From positions 42,181-106,180 of the forward strand of contig JAUUDM010000029.1 of NCBI GenBank assembly GCA_030826765.1: DNA of 64,000 bases, in the 5' to 3' direction. Below, piece after piece: positions 60,967 through 64,000 of the stretch (the first letter of the stretch is position 1; the number at the start of each line of letters is the position of its first letter). The stretch comes from Nautiliales bacterium. GTDB lineage: Bacteria > Campylobacterota > Campylobacteria > Campylobacterales > JAADDX01. The notes beneath the pieces were generated by a model that ran no database searches, was not told where the DNA came from, and saw nothing but the letters and a program-made list of their open reading frames with translations. Made by a program: the position numbers and the translations under genes.

Positions 60967-61605
60967 ATGTTAGTAGCACCCTCAATACTTTCAGCAGACT
61001 TTGGAAAATTAGATAATGAAATAGATGCAATTTGCAAAGCAGGTTGTGATTTAGTTCATGTAGATGTAATGGATGGACATTTTGTTCCAAATATGACAAT
61101 AGGGCCTGTTATCGTAGATGCAGTAGCAAAAGTCGCTACAAAACCACTTGATATTCACATAATGGTAGAAAACAACAACTTTTTTATAGACCTTTTAGCA
61201 CCTTTTAAACCTGAATATCTTTCATTTCATTACGAATCAGAGAATCATCATAATAGAATCATTCAAAAACTTAGAAATTTAGAAATAAAACCTTCAATAG
61301 CAATTAATCCTGCAACAAATATAGATGTTTTAGAATATATGATAGAAGATTTAGATATGGTACTTCTAATGAGTGTAAATCCAGGATTTGGTGGTCAAAA
61401 ATTTATACCAAATGTTTTAGAAAAAGCTAAAAAATTAAAAGAGATGATTGAAAGAAAGAATCCTAATTGTTTAATAGAAGTTGATGGTGGTATAAGTGAT
61501 AAAAATATAAATGAATTAAAACAAGCTGGAGTTGATGTTGTTGTAGCTGGTAGTTATGTATTTAAAAATGATTATAAAACAGCTATTGAGAGTTTAAAAG
61601 TATAA
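60967..61605 (+). CDS. rpe: Ribulose-phosphate 3-epimerase
   Basis: APSILSADF..., HVDVMDGHFVPN, MSVNPGFGGQKF and VDGG. Length is 212 aa. Confidence 0.92.
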   Translation: MLVAPSILSADFGKLDNEIDAICKAGCDLVHVDVMDGHFVPNMTIGPVIVDAVAKVATKPLDIHIMVENNNFFIDLLAPFKPEYLSFHYESENHHNRIIQKLRNLEIKPSIAINPATNIDVLEYMIEDLDMVLLMSVNPGFGGQKFIPNVLEKAKKLKEMIERKNPNCLIEVDGGISDKNINELKQAGVDVVVAGSYVFKNDYKTAIESLKV

Positions 61606-61628
61606 AAGTGTGAAATTTATGGAAAAGC

Positions 61629-61666
61629 CTTATTAAGCTAATAAGAAATTAAATTTATGATATAAT
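61629..61666 (+). promoter_or_regulatory. Palindrome CTTATTA-AGC-TAATAAG over the -35 region of a TGaTATAAT promoter (DUF1007/NicO-like operon)
   Basis: The 7-bp arms are exact complements (61629..61645). They lie 15 nt upstream of TATAAT (61661..61666, with TG at 61658..61659) and 32 nt upstream of the ATG at 61698. Confidence 0.45.
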
Positions 61667-61697
61667 TTCATTCTAAATTTTCTTAAAAAGAGCTAAA

Positions 61698-62210
61698 ATG
61701 ATAAAATATATTTTATTTTATTTCTTATATATAAATTTACTATATGCACATCCACACGTTTTTATAGAAGTTCATCCTACAATAGAAGTTAAAAATAGTA
61801 AAACAACTAAAATCCATTTCGAGTGGAAAATAGATGAAATGACTTCTTCTATGTTAATTATGCAACTTGATACAAATGGAAATGGTAAAATTGATAAAAA
61901 AGAAAATTCAATTGCTTATAGTGATTATTTTTCATCGTTAAAAGAACAAAATTTTTATACAAATATGAAACTAAAAAACAGAGTGCAAAAATTTAATCCT
62001 ACAAATTTCAAAGCAACTATTGAAAATCATAAAGTTTGTTATTCATTTGATATAAAAGGTAATTATAATATTAAGGATTTAAAATTTTATTTCAGGGATG
62101 AGACCTTTTTTGTAGCAATGATTTTAAAAAAGAAATTTATGAAGATAACAGGTGTAAAAGCAATAATAAAACCACTTGGTACTGGTGGTTATGAATTGGA
62201 GTTTAAATAA
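61698..62210 (+). CDS. DUF1007-family periplasmic protein (metal-uptake accessory component)
   Basis: Signal peptide followed by the AHPHVFIEV motif characteristic of DUF1007. Length is 170 aa. It is always paired with the downstream permease type, according to my recollection of COG3683/COG2215 pairs. Confidence 0.65.
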   Translation: MIKYILFYFLYINLLYAHPHVFIEVHPTIEVKNSKTTKIHFEWKIDEMTSSMLIMQLDTNGNGKIDKKENSIAYSDYFSSLKEQNFYTNMKLKNRVQKFNPTNFKATIENHKVCYSFDIKGNYNIKDLKFYFRDETFFVAMILKKKFMKITGVKAIIKPLGTGGYELEFK

Positions 62211-62977
62211 TGGAAATATACAGTCACTTTTTACAATATTTTATTAATTTGCAATATACTTTAAATAGTTATATTGCCTCAACAATAAGAAGTCTTAATG
62301 ATGGTCATAGTTTAACTACTTCACTACTTATTATAGGTATTGCATTTATATATGGAGTAGTGCATGCAGCAGGTCCAGGACACGGAAAAACTTTAGTTGC
62401 TTTTTATTTTACTTCAAATAAAGGAAGTTACAAAAAGGCTTTTAAAATAGGTTATCTTATTTCTATAATACATGCAATTTCTGGGCTTACTGTTACTTTT
62501 GCGATATTTTTTACACTTAAAGCAATGTTTAGAGAAAAATTTGATAATGTTTCTGAATTAACTATGCAAATAAGTTCTGTTATGATTATGATGATAGGAA
62601 TTTATCTTATATATGAAGCATATAAGAATAGAAAAGCAAAAGAATTGCAAATAAAAAAAGAAGATAAAAGTGAATACGCTGTTGCACTTGGTGCAGGTAT
62701 TGTACCTTGTCCTGGTGTTATGAGTATAGTATTATTTTCTATTTTGCTTAAACACTATTTATTAGGAGTTTTAGCAGCTATTTTTATGAGTATTGGAATG
62801 GGACTTACTATTTCAGTAGCAGGAATTTTATCAATTGCTGTAAATAAAAAAGCGGGTGGTTTTTTGGATAAAAAAGGTTATATTTTAGAAATGTTAGGGG
62901 CAGTTTTAATTTTTAGTTTAGGTCTTTTACTTTGGTTTGCAAGCAATAGTCACATTACTCAACATAAAATTATTTAG
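62210..62977 (+). CDS. NicO/RcnA-like nickel/cobalt (divalent metal) transporter permease
   Basis: 255 aa, about 6 TM. It has the motif VHAAGPGHGK and a charged central loop. The start overlaps the previous stop (TAATG). Confidence 0.65.
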   Translation: MEIYSHFLQYFINLQYTLNSYIASTIRSLNDGHSLTTSLLIIGIAFIYGVVHAAGPGHGKTLVAFYFTSNKGSYKKAFKIGYLISIIHAISGLTVTFAIFFTLKAMFREKFDNVSELTMQISSVMIMMIGIYLIYEAYKNRKAKELQIKKEDKSEYAVALGAGIVPCPGVMSIVLFSILLKHYLLGVLAAIFMSIGMGLTISVAGILSIAVNKKAGGFLDKKGYILEMLGAVLIFSLGLLLWFASNSHITQHKII

Positions 62978-62979
62978 AG

Positions 62980-63009
62980 AAAAGAAGCATAATCACTTCT
63001 TTTTATTTT
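62980..63009 (+). terminator. Rho-independent terminator after the NicO-like gene
   Basis: The stem AAAAGAAG/CTTCTTTT (8 bp, 8-nt loop) is followed by a T-rich tract and lies 3 nt after the TAG stop. Confidence 0.7.
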
Positions 63010-63089
63010 ATTACTCTTCTACTTTTTATAAAATCCATTATTTTAAAGAGTTAAATAGTGGATACGGATTTATATTAGCTTACAAAAGT

Positions 63090-63098
63090 TGATATAAT
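63090..63098 (+). promoter_or_regulatory. Extended -10 element TGaTATAAT upstream of the DUF262 gene
   Basis: Exact TGnTATAAT lies 24 nt before the ATG at 63122. Confidence 0.45.
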
Positions 63099-63121
63099 TA
63101 TGAAAAATCAAAAGGTTTTAA

Positions 63122-64000
63122 ATGCAAAGAGTAGGAGAATTAAGTTTAAAAGAAGTTTTTGATAAAGATTTATATATACCAGATTTTCAAAGGCCTTATA
63201 GTTGGAGTAATGAACAAGTAGAACAACTTATAGAGGATTTAAAAGAAGCTTATGAAAATAAAAAATTATATTTAATTGGTAATATGATTATTTATGAGAA
63301 TTATGAGAATAAAGAAAAAAATAAATTAGAAATTATAGATGGACAGCAAAGAATTACTACATTAGCATTACTTTTATATATTTTAGGAGAAAAGACAAAT
63401 TTTTTAAAAAATAAAATTAATGTTTTATCAGCAAAAAAATTAAAAGATAATCACAAGCAAATTAAAAATTATTCGACTAAATATTTTACAAATAAAAAAG
63501 AATTTTTAGAATTTTTATTAGAAAAAGTTAAAATAACTTATATAATGGCTTCTTCTCTTGATGAAGCGTTTGTTTTATTTGATTCTCAAAATACAAGAGG
63601 AAAAGCTTTAAAAAGAAAAGATATTTTAAAAGTTCATCATATAAATCCTATAAAAGAAAATAGAAAAATGTATGCTAAAAAATGGGAAGAATGGGAAAAA
63701 ATAGATAAAACTGAAGATTGGGATAGATTAGAAGATGTATTGTATTATGTTTGTTTTGTAAGAAAAGGAATACAAAGAGAAATAAATGTAGATGATTTTG
63801 ATTTTATTGATGTATTTAAAGAACTAAAAACTCAAAGTAGTGGATATAAACTAAATAATTATAACCAGCCTCCAATTTTTGAAAATTTTGAATTTGATTT
63901 TGAAAATAATGAAATTTCTTTTATTACAAAGCCAATTAGATATAAAAACAATAAAATTTTTGAAGGAATTAAATATTTACCATTTGAACTTAATAGTTCT
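63122..64000 (+). CDS. DUF262 (ParB/Srx-like NTPase domain, as in GmrSD/type IV restriction and other defence proteins), 3'-truncated by the window edge
   Basis: This ORF is absent from the supplied track because it has no stop within the window. I translated 293 codons by hand with no stop. DUF262 motifs are present: YIPDFQRPYSW, IIDGQQRITTL, and FVLFDSQNTRGKALKRKDILK. Confidence 0.8.
   Translation, partial: MQRVGELSLKEVFDKDLYIPDFQRPYSWSNEQVEQLIEDLKEAYENKKLYLIGNMIIYENYENKEKNKLEIIDGQQRITTLALLLYILGEKTNFLKNKINVLSAKKLKDNHKQIKNYSTKYFTNKKEFLEFLLEKVKITYIMASSLDEAFVLFDSQNTRGKALKRKDILKVHHINPIKENRKMYAKKWEEWEKIDKTEDWDRLEDVLYYVCFVRKGIQREINVDDFDFIDVFKELKTQSSGYKLNNYNQPPIFENFEFDFENNEISFITKPIRYKNNKIFEGIKYLPFELNSS

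Overview
This is a 64-kb, strongly AT-rich chromosomal segment (GC content judged by eye, not computed). The gene content points to an Arcobacter/Aliarcobacter-like member of the Campylobacterota; this is inference, since no database search was possible. Supporting genes are a futalosine-type radical-SAM menaquinone gene, a FlaC-like mini-flagellin, a split Aer/CetAB-type energy-taxis receptor, a Cache histidine kinase with an HxWRQPL H-box, a Maf/DUF115 protein, and many TGnTATAAT extended -10 promoters. There are about 70 tightly packed genes with many 4-26 nt overlaps, and most are core housekeeping. These include recJ, thrC, typA, gltX, accBC, dcd, thiG, lspA, glmM, rpsT, prfA, argF, ribA, rsmG, rodA, pepF, ridA, rplU-rpmA-obg-proB-smpB, sbcCD, argJ, rpmB and rpe. 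I read five tRNAs directly: Gly-UCC, Cys-GCA, Leu-UAA and Ser-UGA in a cluster, plus one CAU tRNA. I saw no rRNA, CRISPR array, IS/transposase, integrase or prophage genes. The most notable signal is regulatory. The window is unusually dense in nitrogen-assimilation genes (glnD, two PII genes, two amt genes, glnA). Four of their promoters share a 17-bp palindrome, TG(C/A)TTAAA-N-TTTAA(G/T)CA, whose near edge lies 31-32 nt from the -10 hexamer. This is a candidate operator for a nitrogen regulon that I cannot assign to a known regulator. Secondary observations: (1) a translationally coupled glnD / diguanylate cyclase / DEDDh exonuclease operon, in which the cyclase carries a Cys-rich sensor module; (2) a split Aer-type PAS protein plus an MCP that also carries a C-terminal CZB zinc-binding domain; (3) an uncharacterised membrane protein co-transcribed with glnK-amt; (4) a large Lys-rich membrane protein that looks like a fusion of two families usually encoded as a gene pair; (5) a DUF1007/NicO-like metal-transport pair with a palindrome over its -35 region. 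The only clearly accessory or defence-type gene is a DUF262 (GmrSD-like N-terminal domain) ORF that starts at 63122 and runs off the right edge. I did not find a complete multi-gene novel system lying wholly inside the window, and the interest scores reflect that.
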